Shown: positions 1 to 7,684 of the stretch, piece by piece
Layout: every line of letters starts with the position of its first letter
How positions within the stretch are numbered: the stretch's first letter is position 1
IMG/VR virus record: IMGVR_UViG_3300020183_000020
Coordinates: 46,138-110,137 of that record
Strand: one strand, 5' to 3'
DNA from: a virus
DNA: 64,000 bases
Position numbers and translations under genes: made by a program
Notes under the pieces: generated by a model
Databases searched by the model: none
Seen by the model: the letters and a program-made list of their open reading frames with translations, nothing else
What the model was told of the DNA's origin: nothing

Positions 1-1
1 A

Positions 2-1216
2 AACCAAGAGCAAGAAACTAAGGGTTGGAGTATCTGCCTTTGGTCCAAAGCAAGGCACATAGGCATAATAGATATCCGTTTCACCACCTATGGGAGAAGC
101 CTCGAAATGAGTAGGTGTGTATGTATTTAATTGGGCATCAGCGATGTTTGTAGTTAACGCCACATTTCCAACGAAACCTTGATTGCCCCTGCGGTCAGCT
201 AAAAGAGTTAAGATATTTGTGCCAGCGTTATACTTGTAGAACAAGTATTGTCCCAAGTTGGTCTTGGTGTAGTTGGATGCGTTATATACGGTGGTGTGAC
301 CAAATCCATTTCCATCTAAGTTGATTTGTCCATTATTCTCGATGGACATTAAGAAACAATATTCCCCTGCATTGTTTGTCCCTGCATAGAAAATCGGATT
401 GGAGTCCATGTACCAAGCCGATCCTCCGTAAGAAAGAGAGAGTTTTGTAGGTGTACCTATGGTGATAGACCCATTGTCTCCGCTAGTGGTGTAGGTAGCC
501 TTCCACAGACTAGTCTTTCTGAAGTTTTGGAGCGTTCTTTGAGAAGAGCCGTATGTGGCGTAATCCCTGTTGGCAAAATAGGTCTGTCTACCCGCACCTC
601 TTAATAAAAGAGTCTTGTTTGTCGTATCCACGGCAAGGACTGCAAACTGAGAAATCCAACTTGGACTTGAGGCGTTGTATGCAGCTAGCGTAGCTCCTGA
701 TTCGGATTGAAAGTTGTACGCTCCCACATCTTCAAAGTCTGTATCGGATACTTCATGTATTGTTCCGTCATACATGAACAGCCCATTGACGGTTTCTCCT
801 GCATTGAAGTTCATTACATTGATGTTGGCTCCCGTATTATCCGTAAATGAAATGAGTGACCCAATATCTATCCTATCCGACTTATCCATTACATGAAGTT
901 GGCTAGCATTTATCCATTCCGACAAATTCTCGCCGTATGTAACTTCAGAGTCGGTGCCATTGGTGAAGGGGGAAAACACACTAGACTTGTTAGAGACTAG
1001 TGTTGCCCTTACAGGGTAAACCGTGCGTGTCCCCCCTATTGGATAAAAGGCTTCATTAGGTTTATCAAAGACGGGAGATAGCGTGGTGTAGTCATATGCC
1101 TGATCTCCTATCCAAATGTAGTCTTGATCAGGGGAGATAACCAAACCACAAGTGGTTTTGGAGATGTGGAAGTTAGTTCCATCATATAGACCGAATAGAC
1201 TTTTGATCTTGGGCAT
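2..1216 (-). CDS. Putative virion/tail-fibre-associated protein, running off the window edge (absent from the ORF track)
   Basis: ATG at 1216 just downstream of the stop of 1221..1430. The 5' part reads open as MPKIKSLFGLYDGTNFHISKTTCGLVISPDQDYIWIGDQ... It is the last gene of a co-oriented run behind a TA-N5-TYTAT motif. Openness all the way to the edge is inferred from its absence from the ORF track. Confidence 0.65.
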   Translation of the reverse strand, partial: MPKIKSLFGLYDGTNFHISKTTCGLVISPDQDYIWIGDQAYDYTTLSPVFDKPNEAFYPIGGTRTVYPVRATLVSNKSSVFSPFTNGTDSEVTYGENLSEWINASQLHVMDKSDRIDIGSLISFTDNTGANINVMNFNAGETVNGLFMYDGTIHEVSDTDFEDVGAYNFQSESGATLAAYNASSPSWISQFAVLAVDTTNKTLLLRGAGRQTYFANRDYATYGSSQRTLQNFRKTSLWKATYTTSGDNGSITIGTPTKLSLSYGGSAWYMDSNPIFYAGTNNAGEYCFLMSIENNGQINLDGNGFGHTTVYNASNYTKTNLGQYLFYKYNAGTNILTLLADRRGNQGFVGNVALTTNIADAQLNTYTPTHFEASPIGGETDIYYAYVPCFGPKADTPTLSFLLLV

Positions 1217-1220
1217 TTCT

Positions 1221-1430
1221 TTACTCCTCCCCACCTATGGGTTGGGCTTCTGTGGTTGTTTGGAAATAGGATAACGCCTCTTCTTCGGAAAGAAAGGGAG
1301 CGTTATTGGGACTCGTAGGATTCCCTTTGGTCTGATACAACACCTGTCCGTCTTTGGATACCTTCAAGTCCCCCTCTTCCAAAGCCAAGGTGAAGTTGCC
1401 CTTGCCAATTACACTTACGATCATGCTCAT
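1221..1430 (-). CDS. Small hypothetical protein (tail-fibre operon)
   Basis: 69-aa ORF with AGGAG RBS, tightly packed in the operon. Confidence 0.7.
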   Translation of the reverse strand: MSMIVSVIGKGNFTLALEEGDLKVSKDGQVLYQTKGNPTSPNNAPFLSEEEALSYFQTTTEAQPIGGEE

Positions 1431-1444
1431 CTCTAACTCCTAGT

Positions 1445-1795
1445 TCAGTTGTGGTAGTTCATAGAGAAGATCAAATCTGCACCCCCATAGTTGGCACAGA
1501 CTGCACTCACTATCAGACTCATTGTATCTCCAGCTTCCAACAAGGCTTCCGTACTCGCCGTGACCACATACTCTCCCGCCTCAAAAGACACCTGATAAAT
1601 CACATCAGTAGGGTCAAAATTACGGATAAGTTTTATGGTCGTAAACCCTGCCCCCTCAGGGGCTTGATCCAACGATACTCTGTATCCCTTGAGGTACATA
1701 TCTCTCAAGGGCTTGTATGGCGTAGATGAAGCTAAGGGGATTATTTCCCCCACTATGTAGGCATGGACTTCTAGCTTAGTTGTCAGCCGACTCAT
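1445..1795 (-). CDS. Hypothetical virion protein
   Basis: Probable start MSRLTT at 1795, with a TAATG overlap with the upstream stop and a GGGAGG RBS. Confidence 0.7.
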   Translation of the reverse strand: MSRLTTKLEVHAYIVGEIIPLASSTPYKPLRDMYLKGYRVSLDQAPEGAGFTTIKLIRNFDPTDVIYQVSFEAGEYVVTASTEALLEAGDTMSLIVSAVCANYGGADLIFSMNYHN

Positions 1796-2496
1796 TACAC
1801 AACCTCCCATGTGTTATCCGTAGTGTTCGCCACTAGTGTGATGGAGTCATATTGCACATCTAAGGTGAAACTCGTGGCTCCATTGATCAAATCCCCACCC
1901 GATCTTTGAACCACTAAGTTATTCCCTGCCGCTCGACCCCTTAGATAAAATCGGATAGTATCGCCATCATCGACACCTGACAATAAAGGCAAGGTAGCCG
2001 TGATTGTCCCTGCCGCACTATTGACAGAGTAGTGATATCCCACAGCCGCATTAAAACTCACAGCTTGTCTTGAGAACTCTAACCCACCTGCTGTCGATAA
2101 TACGCTGTCGATTGCGGATAAATGTGTACTGATACTATCCGTATTTAGTGCCACATAGTTGGTCGGACTCACATTAGCCGTTATGTCGTCCGATGTGATG
2201 ACCGAGTTTATCCAATTTGTCCCATCGAATGAGAGCAAGTCCCCTTCATTTATTCCGCCCCCAATCACCACATCGGAAAGTGTGTTTATGCTCCCCAAGC
2301 TCGTGAGATTGACTCCACTTAGTGCGGGTAAAGTCTCCGCTACGGATAGTTGCAGTACTTCTCCCGCTCCCACCCCCGCATCAAGGGAGGCACTTGTTCC
2401 TGCATCCGTAATGTCGGCAAGACTAAGGGAAACACCCTCTAAGTATCCATTTGAAAACTTGAGGTGGTTCCCCCCATTTAGTTTTAGAACCCACAT
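1795..2496 (-). CDS. Tail-fibre-like protein with C-terminal beta-rich repeat domain
   Basis: C-terminal 'ITATLP..GD.IRF...NLVV..SGGDLINGATSFTLDVQYDSITLV...W' resembles repeat units of phage long tail fibres. 'LLSFDGTNWINS' is also fibre-like. Confidence 0.6.
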   Translation of the reverse strand: MWVLKLNGGNHLKFSNGYLEGVSLSLADITDAGTSASLDAGVGAGEVLQLSVAETLPALSGVNLTSLGSINTLSDVVIGGGINEGDLLSFDGTNWINSVITSDDITANVSPTNYVALNTDSISTHLSAIDSVLSTAGGLEFSRQAVSFNAAVGYHYSVNSAAGTITATLPLLSGVDDGDTIRFYLRGRAAGNNLVVQRSGGDLINGATSFTLDVQYDSITLVANTTDNTWEVV

Positions 2497-2539
2497 TGTG
2501 CTTCCCCCTTAGTGTTTGTAAGCAAACACTAAGGGAAAC

Positions 2540-2551
2540 ATAAAAGGTTTA
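2540..2551 (-). promoter_or_regulatory. Putative late promoter TA-N5-TYTAT, followed by a 13-bp hairpin (2506-2535) covering the RBS
   Basis: TAAACCTTTTAT on the minus strand; inverted repeat CCCTTAGTGTTTG/CAAACACTAAGGG. Confidence 0.6.
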
Positions 2552-2554
2552 GGG

Positions 2555-2761
2555 CTAGTCTTCCGTGGGCAAGTCGCCCACAAAGAAGTACCCCGTCCCA
2601 CCACCCTTATTCAGCCACTCGTCAAGGAGGGCGTGGAGCATACCCCGCGTCTTGTCATCAGGGTTGACCGCCACGAACCCAAAATCCGAATGGACACCCT
2701 CGCCGTCCTCGCGGGTGTACTGAATCTCGCCGTGAACAATGGGGACTTCGATGTTCTTCAT
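2555..2761 (-). CDS. Small hypothetical (putative early) protein
   Basis: 68 aa, GC3-rich codons, directly downstream of a GTATCCCA-class motif. Confidence 0.7.
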   Translation of the reverse strand: MKNIEVPIVHGEIQYTREDGEGVHSDFGFVAVNPDDKTRGMLHALLDEWLNKGGGTGYFFVGDLPTED

Positions 2762-2799
2762 AATGTAATCTCTCTTTCTGTTTCAGGGGTCTCGCCTAA

Positions 2800-2828
2800 C
2801 TAATAATGGAGAACCCCCTTTGGGATAC
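2800..2828 (-). promoter_or_regulatory. Putative early/middle promoter GTATCCCA-N15-TATTAG
   Basis: Exact bipartite motif; near-identical copy at 56757. Confidence 0.65.
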
Positions 2829-2829
2829 T

Positions 2830-3414
2830 CTAAAGATTCTTTACGATTCTAAATCCAACCATCGTAGATGGAACATGAGCATAGTGTGTCCGTCTATTGC
2901 AGGGTAAACGACACATCATGCTCGGATCGCTCCAACCCCCTCCCAAGATATACTTCTTTCCATATTCATCTCCATCCCACATCCACTCAGATACATTTCC
3001 GCACATATCATATAAACCCAAGGCGTTCGGCTTTTTGAAGCCGACTTCATGTGTTGTACCCCCCGAGTTATCCCAATACCATGCCAAGTTGCCCAAATCA
3101 TTCCCGCCTGAAAAAGCGTACCTCTTGTTATTAAACCTAGCGGCATGAAGCCACTCCGCCCTTGTGGGGAGGCGATACCCTTTAGATTTGGAACAGCGTG
3201 TAATCCGACCCGTCTTATGAAAATTGTAATAAGGCGTTAGCCCTTCTTTAACGCTTTTGGCATTACAGAACTCAAGAGCCTCTTTCCAAGTGACACTCTC
3301 TACAGGGAGATCATCTCCCCTGAACACGCTGTTATTGGACATGAACTCGCTGTACTCCTTCTGTGTCACCAAACAAGGCGACATGGAGATACGCTTCTTT
3401 GGCAGGTCAATCAT
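2830..3414 (-). CDS. FGE-sulfatase/SUMF1 (C-type lectin fold) domain protein
   Basis: Motifs 'VTQKEY', 'PVESVTW.EA..FC', 'YRLPTRAEW..AAR', 'PNALGLYDMCGNVSEW', 'GG.W', 'GFRIV'. Confidence 0.88.
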   Translation of the reverse strand: MIDLPKKRISMSPCLVTQKEYSEFMSNNSVFRGDDLPVESVTWKEALEFCNAKSVKEGLTPYYNFHKTGRITRCSKSKGYRLPTRAEWLHAARFNNKRYAFSGGNDLGNLAWYWDNSGGTTHEVGFKKPNALGLYDMCGNVSEWMWDGDEYGKKYILGGGWSDPSMMCRLPCNRRTHYAHVPSTMVGFRIVKNL

Positions 3415-3459
3415 TGAAAAACCTCGTTTCTCTAGATGGTGGGGGGGGGTTGCCCACTT

Positions 3460-3978
3460 CTATCCTTTATAGAAGTGATGGGCTACATACTGCATGAGAA
3501 TCCCGCTAGCGGTACCCACATTGACCGACCTAACGCTTCCATATTGTTGAATGTACACACAAGCGTCACAAATGGATAAAACATCTTGAGAGATGCCCAT
3601 CATTTCCTCTCCAAAGATAAATATATCATTTGGCTCAGGCTTGAAGTCCATGAGATTTATGGCTGTAGAAATCCCGTTCTCTACTGCCACTAGCCTGTGT
3701 TTATCCTTAAGGGCTTTGATCTCTTCGATCCCATCCAAATGGATAAGCTGTGTGTAGTTGTGAGTACCCACAGCTCCTCTTCTGTCCCATTTACGCTTTC
3801 CGTAGTAGTAAACGCACTCCACTCCAAACGCATTACCATTACGGATAAAGGTGGAGATATTAAAATCTCCCTGTATGTGTTGCATCATCACCCGATAAGG
3901 GAACGCCTTTCGCTCCAAGTCCTCCCTGATTTTAATCAGTTCCCAATCTTTGTATGCGTCTATAACATTTTTATCCAT
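3460..3978 (-). CDS. SpoU/TrmH-family (SPOUT) RNA 2'-O-methyltransferase
   Basis: 'NISTFIRNGNAFGV', 'FIFGEE..GIS', 'YGSVRSVNVGTASGI' match SpoU motifs 1-3. Confidence 0.88.
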   Translation of the reverse strand: MDKNVIDAYKDWELIKIREDLERKAFPYRVMMQHIQGDFNISTFIRNGNAFGVECVYYYGKRKWDRRGAVGTHNYTQLIHLDGIEEIKALKDKHRLVAVENGISTAINLMDFKPEPNDIFIFGEEMMGISQDVLSICDACVYIQQYGSVRSVNVGTASGILMQYVAHHFYKG

Positions 3979-3994
3979 TTGCGGTGCCTTTTTT

Positions 3995-4006
3995 TACTCT
4001 ATTTAT
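3995..4006 (+). promoter_or_regulatory. Putative late promoter TA-N5-TYTAT
   Basis: TACTCTATTTAT, 42 nt upstream of the 4049 ATG. Confidence 0.5.
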
Positions 4007-4048
4007 GGGGCGTACCTACTTGAACCTACTATAGAAAGGTAGAGAACG

Positions 4049-5149
4049 ATGTTTAAGACTTCTATGATCCGCAGAGCCTTTTTGATGCGTCAGGCTGCCC
4101 ACAAGCATCTCATGAAGAATGCAGGGCCTTTGACGGATGTGAGTCATCTCCGCCATCAGGCTGTGTTTTTGATGGGTGCTCCCGGTTCAGGTAAGGGATT
4201 CGTCAGCAAGAGGCTGTATCTCAAGTATATGCCCGGTGGCGGTGCTGGTGGCTCTTTAGACCCCCAAATGTTTCAGCGTGAGCTTTCGGAGCAAGAGAGA
4301 GGACTCACCAACCTAAACTTTGAGAGCGTCAGAGACCGTATTGAGACTTATGGTTTTAGGTTAGAGGTGAATGAGGGGGGGAATTCCGCGACTATCCCTT
4401 TCCGCATTTATGACAACAACGAAGTCCTTATTCCGAGAGACCAATGGGAGGAGAAGGCTCCTGATATTGTCGATATGATTGAGGGACTAGAAGAAGTGGT
4501 TTTCGCAGCCCCCAAGCATGAGCTTCCCTCATATTGGAGAGTTGTAGACCCTGATATGTACAAGGAAGAGCTTGAAGGCTACTTAGAGACCAAGCCTGGT
4601 TATGTTCACGAAATGTCTTCTGAGATGTCCAAGGCGTACTTCGAGGCGGCTATTGCCACAGGTGACCCCGTTATCGTTGACGGCACGGGTGCAAAAGCTG
4701 CCAAGTATGTCGAACAAATTAAAGTCGCAAGAGATGCTGGCTACAGCATCACACTTGTTTGGATTTATGTGCCTCTTGTCGCCAACATCATCCGTAACTG
4801 CACAAGAGCTAGAGTTGTGCATATCAGCCATGTGACTCGCCTCTTTAAGCAGATGGCGATTACTTGGAAAGCCTTAAGCCCCTATCTCGATAAATCAAAG
4901 GTGATTAATACCTTTGACCCTAGCTCTTCGGGTGGTGATGCTAAGTCCTACCTCTCAAAGAAGAGCCTTGTGGACGGATATGTCCAAGAGCATATGGGAT
5001 ATCCTGATCTCTACACCTATATGACCCAATCGCCCGATGTCCCTCAGGATCAGAAAGACCTAGCGATGGGACTGAGATGGCTAAGTGGTGGAGCGATGAG
5101 CGATAAAGAAAGACGGATGCAGGAACTCCGCAATAAGTTTAACCGTTAA
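4049..5149 (+). CDS. Zeta-toxin-like P-loop kinase with basic N-terminal extension
   Basis: Walker A 'AVFLMGAPGSGKG', 'VVDPD', 'VIVDGTG', 'GYSITLVWIYVPL...RNCTRAR' are typical of Zeta_toxin/AAA_33 kinases. Confidence 0.75.
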   Translation: MFKTSMIRRAFLMRQAAHKHLMKNAGPLTDVSHLRHQAVFLMGAPGSGKGFVSKRLYLKYMPGGGAGGSLDPQMFQRELSEQERGLTNLNFESVRDRIETYGFRLEVNEGGNSATIPFRIYDNNEVLIPRDQWEEKAPDIVDMIEGLEEVVFAAPKHELPSYWRVVDPDMYKEELEGYLETKPGYVHEMSSEMSKAYFEAAIATGDPVIVDGTGAKAAKYVEQIKVARDAGYSITLVWIYVPLVANIIRNCTRARVVHISHVTRLFKQMAITWKALSPYLDKSKVINTFDPSSSGGDAKSYLSKKSLVDGYVQEHMGYPDLYTYMTQSPDVPQDQKDLAMGLRWLSGGAMSDKERRMQELRNKFNR

Positions 5150-5171
5150 TAAATCAGCCCCCTCCTCCCCG

Positions 5172-5549
5172 CTAATAAATCAGTCCCCCTCCGTCCGTTG
5201 GACTGCCCTCATTAAAAAAGAACACAAGTTCCTTCGCAAGATAGCCGAGTAAGAACAAATCAAACGAATCGGCAAAATGACGGTGTTCTATCTTTGAGTA
5301 TGTCCTCTCATATATCCGATATATCCTAGGCATATCACCTCGATAGATACGCCTAAATTCCTCGTTGAATACTTTATAAAAGTAGTTCCCCCAAGTAGGA
5401 CGGACAAGCATCTTAGATGCAAACTCCTCCTCCAACATCTCAAGAACTAGGTTCTCTGTCTCCCTATAGTACTGAAAACTCTCCATCTTCGCATAAACAT
5501 CCTCCCTAGTAAGAAGCGGGGTCTGCTTTTTATTCGATCTCCTGTACAT
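5172..5549 (-). CDS. Hypothetical protein
   Basis: 125-aa ORF with GAGGAG RBS. Confidence 0.65.
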   Translation of the reverse strand: MYRRSNKKQTPLLTREDVYAKMESFQYYRETENLVLEMLEEEFASKMLVRPTWGNYFYKVFNEEFRRIYRGDMPRIYRIYERTYSKIEHRHFADSFDLFLLGYLAKELVFFFNEGSPTDGGGLIY

Positions 5550-5587
5550 TCTAGGCTCCTCTTAGTCTCACTTATAGTGAATGATCA

Positions 5588-6004
5588 TTAAGAACCTAGC
5601 GACTTTTTATCCATTAAGAACTGCCCTAAAGATGCACGAACGGATAACCACACACTCACATCACAAGGGTCACCTAGGTTTTCTTTACCCATCTGATCTA
5701 TTTCGGAACAAATACGCTGAACAGTACTCACGGCAAATTGCTCTTTGTTTTTCATGATGTATCTAGCTACATCAGAAACTACATAAGTTCGCCTTCCTAA
5801 TGCGTACCTAAAAGATAGGAACAACAACTGATCTAGTTCTTGTACAGATATCAGAGCCATTTGCTCTACACTTCTATTGTCCAAGACCGCAGCCTCCCCA
5901 TCGGAGTTGACGGCATTAATCTTATTACTTAAAGGCACCTGATCTTCAGTAATAAGATATGTGTGTGAACCCGACATAACCACGGTTGCTTTTCTAAGCG
6001 TCAT
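5588..6004 (-). CDS. Hypothetical phage protein
   Basis: 138 aa; contains 'FRYALGRRTYVV'; N-terminal segment resembles the C-terminus of 6411..6869. Confidence 0.7.
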   Translation of the reverse strand: MTLRKATVVMSGSHTYLITEDQVPLSNKINAVNSDGEAAVLDNRSVEQMALISVQELDQLLFLSFRYALGRRTYVVSDVARYIMKNKEQFAVSTVQRICSEIDQMGKENLGDPCDVSVWLSVRASLGQFLMDKKSLGS

Positions 6005-6130
6005 TACTCACTCTTTCTCTTTCAGGGTATTGGATAGTGCTTTACCGATCCTAGTGCAGAGACACAATCAAATCGTAGTCGCTGATTTCCTTTATAAGGA
6101 TGATTCCCTCAAAAGGGGGTCAATGCCCGA

Positions 6131-6469
6131 TTATATAGAATCTGTTTTCGCCCATCCAACACTTAGTGCGAAAGCCTGTTCTTTCAGCTTGAAGGCTTCC
6201 CGCTCCATCTCCATTATTTCTCGCGTGTGGAAGCCATGCGGACCCGACTCAAACACGAGCAGAAATAGAGCTATGCTGTAGTTAGTTACTCTGTTTACCG
6301 CCCGAGTAGCCTTCTTGTTATCCCCACAAGCCACAGCTAGCTCGACATCTTTGAAAGCCCTTTTGGTCAGGGCGAGATAATGCTTTGCTTTTAGGTGTTC
6401 CTCGTTTGGGCTACTTAGGGAGGGCGTGGAGTTTGAGGTATCGAATGTCGAGGACACAGGATTCTCCAT
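6131..6469 (-). CDS. Hypothetical protein (start uncertain)
   Basis: ORF whose 3' end is duplicated at 7584-7684. Confidence 0.55.
   Translation of the reverse strand: MENPVSSTFDTSNSTPSLSSPNEEHLKAKHYLALTKRAFKDVELAVACGDNKKATRAVNRVTNYSIALFLLVFESGPHGFHTREIMEMEREAFKLKEQAFALSVGWAKTDSI
6138..6238 (+). repeat. 101-bp direct repeat, copy A (copy B at 7584-7684)
   Basis: Aligned by hand: 6 mismatches, no gaps. Confidence 0.9.
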
Positions 6470-6869
6470 TTGCGTTCCTAGCGTGGATTTTATGCGACTG
6501 AGGTACTTGGTCTTCGCTTAGTGTGTAGAGATGTACATCCTCGGAGACAACCATGTCTTTCTTAAAGACAAAGTTTTTGCTGACGATGGGTAAGAGGCTC
6601 AGGAAATGATTTATGGGGAGATAAGGATATATCTCCCCATCCCATATGGGGAACCCAAAAGGCAGGTACGGAGGGCAGGTGTACTGCATATCCTTCAAAC
6701 AAAAAAATAACTCAACTGAGAGATATCTCCCATCTTGGTCTTCTTCTGAGTATGATCCTTCTCCCGCATAAATAAAAAGATCATGGTCTTGATCTACTTC
6801 AATCTTATAGAGCTTGCTTATGGGTCTGATACATTCAAATCCATAATCGAGTAAAACTCGTAATTCCAT
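6411..6869 (-). CDS. Hypothetical protein
   Basis: 152-aa ORF in a co-oriented cluster. Confidence 0.6.
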   Translation of the reverse strand: MELRVLLDYGFECIRPISKLYKIEVDQDHDLFIYAGEGSYSEEDQDGRYLSVELFFCLKDMQYTCPPYLPFGFPIWDGEIYPYLPINHFLSLLPIVSKNFVFKKDMVVSEDVHLYTLSEDQVPQSHKIHARNANGESCVLDIRYLKLHALPK

Positions 6870-6908
6870 TTGGAGTGCCTTTCAAGTTTATTCCCTGTTC
6901 TCAGGGAT

Positions 6909-7352
6909 TTAACAGGTTGCGTTATCTTCCAACAGCACCACATCCCCCCCCTTCACCACATGGAGCAACATCGCCATCACACCGATGTCGGGGATGTCGC
7001 AATCCTTAACGAACACGCGATACATCCCTATACGAGAGTATAGAGAAAAGACCTTCCCTTCAGTTGTCACAAAAGTCCACCCATGTGAGTCTCCCTCAAC
7101 ACGATGAGGGGTGCCAAACGCCTTGAGAAAGTTCCCCTCCTCGTCTGTGAGCAAGCCACCATAACCCTGAGTCGTGGTCATAGTAGCCTTCCTCAGAAAA
7201 GGGGTCGAGGAAAAGTTTCCCATAGAGACTTCAGATAAAGCGAGCTTGAAGGCGGCGGAAGTCGCCTCGTTACGAACTGCAAGGTCAGCGTCGGAGACGA
7301 CATGACCGGGCGGGATGGGGGAAACGCTTAATACAACAAACGGCTTACTCAT
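6909..7352 (-). CDS. Hypothetical protein
   Basis: 147-aa ORF with AAGG RBS. Confidence 0.7.
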   Translation of the reverse strand: MSKPFVVLSVSPIPPGHVVSDADLAVRNEATSAAFKLALSEVSMGNFSSTPFLRKATMTTTQGYGGLLTDEEGNFLKAFGTPHRVEGDSHGWTFVTTEGKVFSLYSRIGMYRVFVKDCDIPDIGVMAMLLHVVKGGDVVLLEDNATC

Positions 7353-7382
7353 ATCTGAACTACCTTTTGACCCTTGAGGGGT

Positions 7383-7562
7383 CTAATGTGGTCTATTAGA
7401 CGGAAGCCTTTTGAGTACAAAGGCTCGCATCATCGGGACACACGGACTAATGGAATATCTTCGCTCGTCATACACTTCATCAAAAGGGGAAAGTTCTGCA
7501 ATCAGCACTTTCAGCACATTTTGGATAAGTTCACACGAACTCACAGATTGGACAATCTTCAC
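7383..7562 (-). CDS. Small hypothetical protein
   Basis: Probable GTG start at 7562 (GTGA overlap with the stop of the gene remnant, AAGGA RBS) rather than the track start at 7601. Confidence 0.4.
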   Translation of the reverse strand: MKIVQSVSSCELIQNVLKVLIAELSPFDEVYDERRYSISPCVPMMRAFVLKRLPSNRPH

Positions 7563-7583
7563 GGATTGATCCTTATGCTGTGG

Positions 7584-7684
7584 GAATCTGTTTTTGCCCA
7601 TCCAACACTTAGTTCGAAAGCCTGTTCTTTCAGCTTGAAGGCTCCCCGCTCCATCTCCATTATTTCTCGGATATGGAAGCCATG
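7584..7684 (-). pseudogene. Orphan 3' remnant of a paralogue of 6131..6469 (repeat copy B)
   Basis: Translates as HGFHIREIMEMERGAFKLKEQAFELSVGWAKTD versus HGFHTREIMEMEREAFKLKEQAFALSVGWAKTD; the 5' part is replaced by the methyltransferase. Confidence 0.7.

Noticed and set aside
830-920. TATCC cluster as DnaA boxes or a replication origin
   Set aside because: No TTATCCACA matches; the cluster lies in coding sequence and the word is enriched throughout the window.
6138-7684. 101-bp near-identical pair as a DGR template/variable repeat
   Set aside because: The six mismatches (C/T, G/T, T/C, C/G, G/A, G/A) are not confined to adenines of one copy on either strand, and no reverse transcriptase is in the window.
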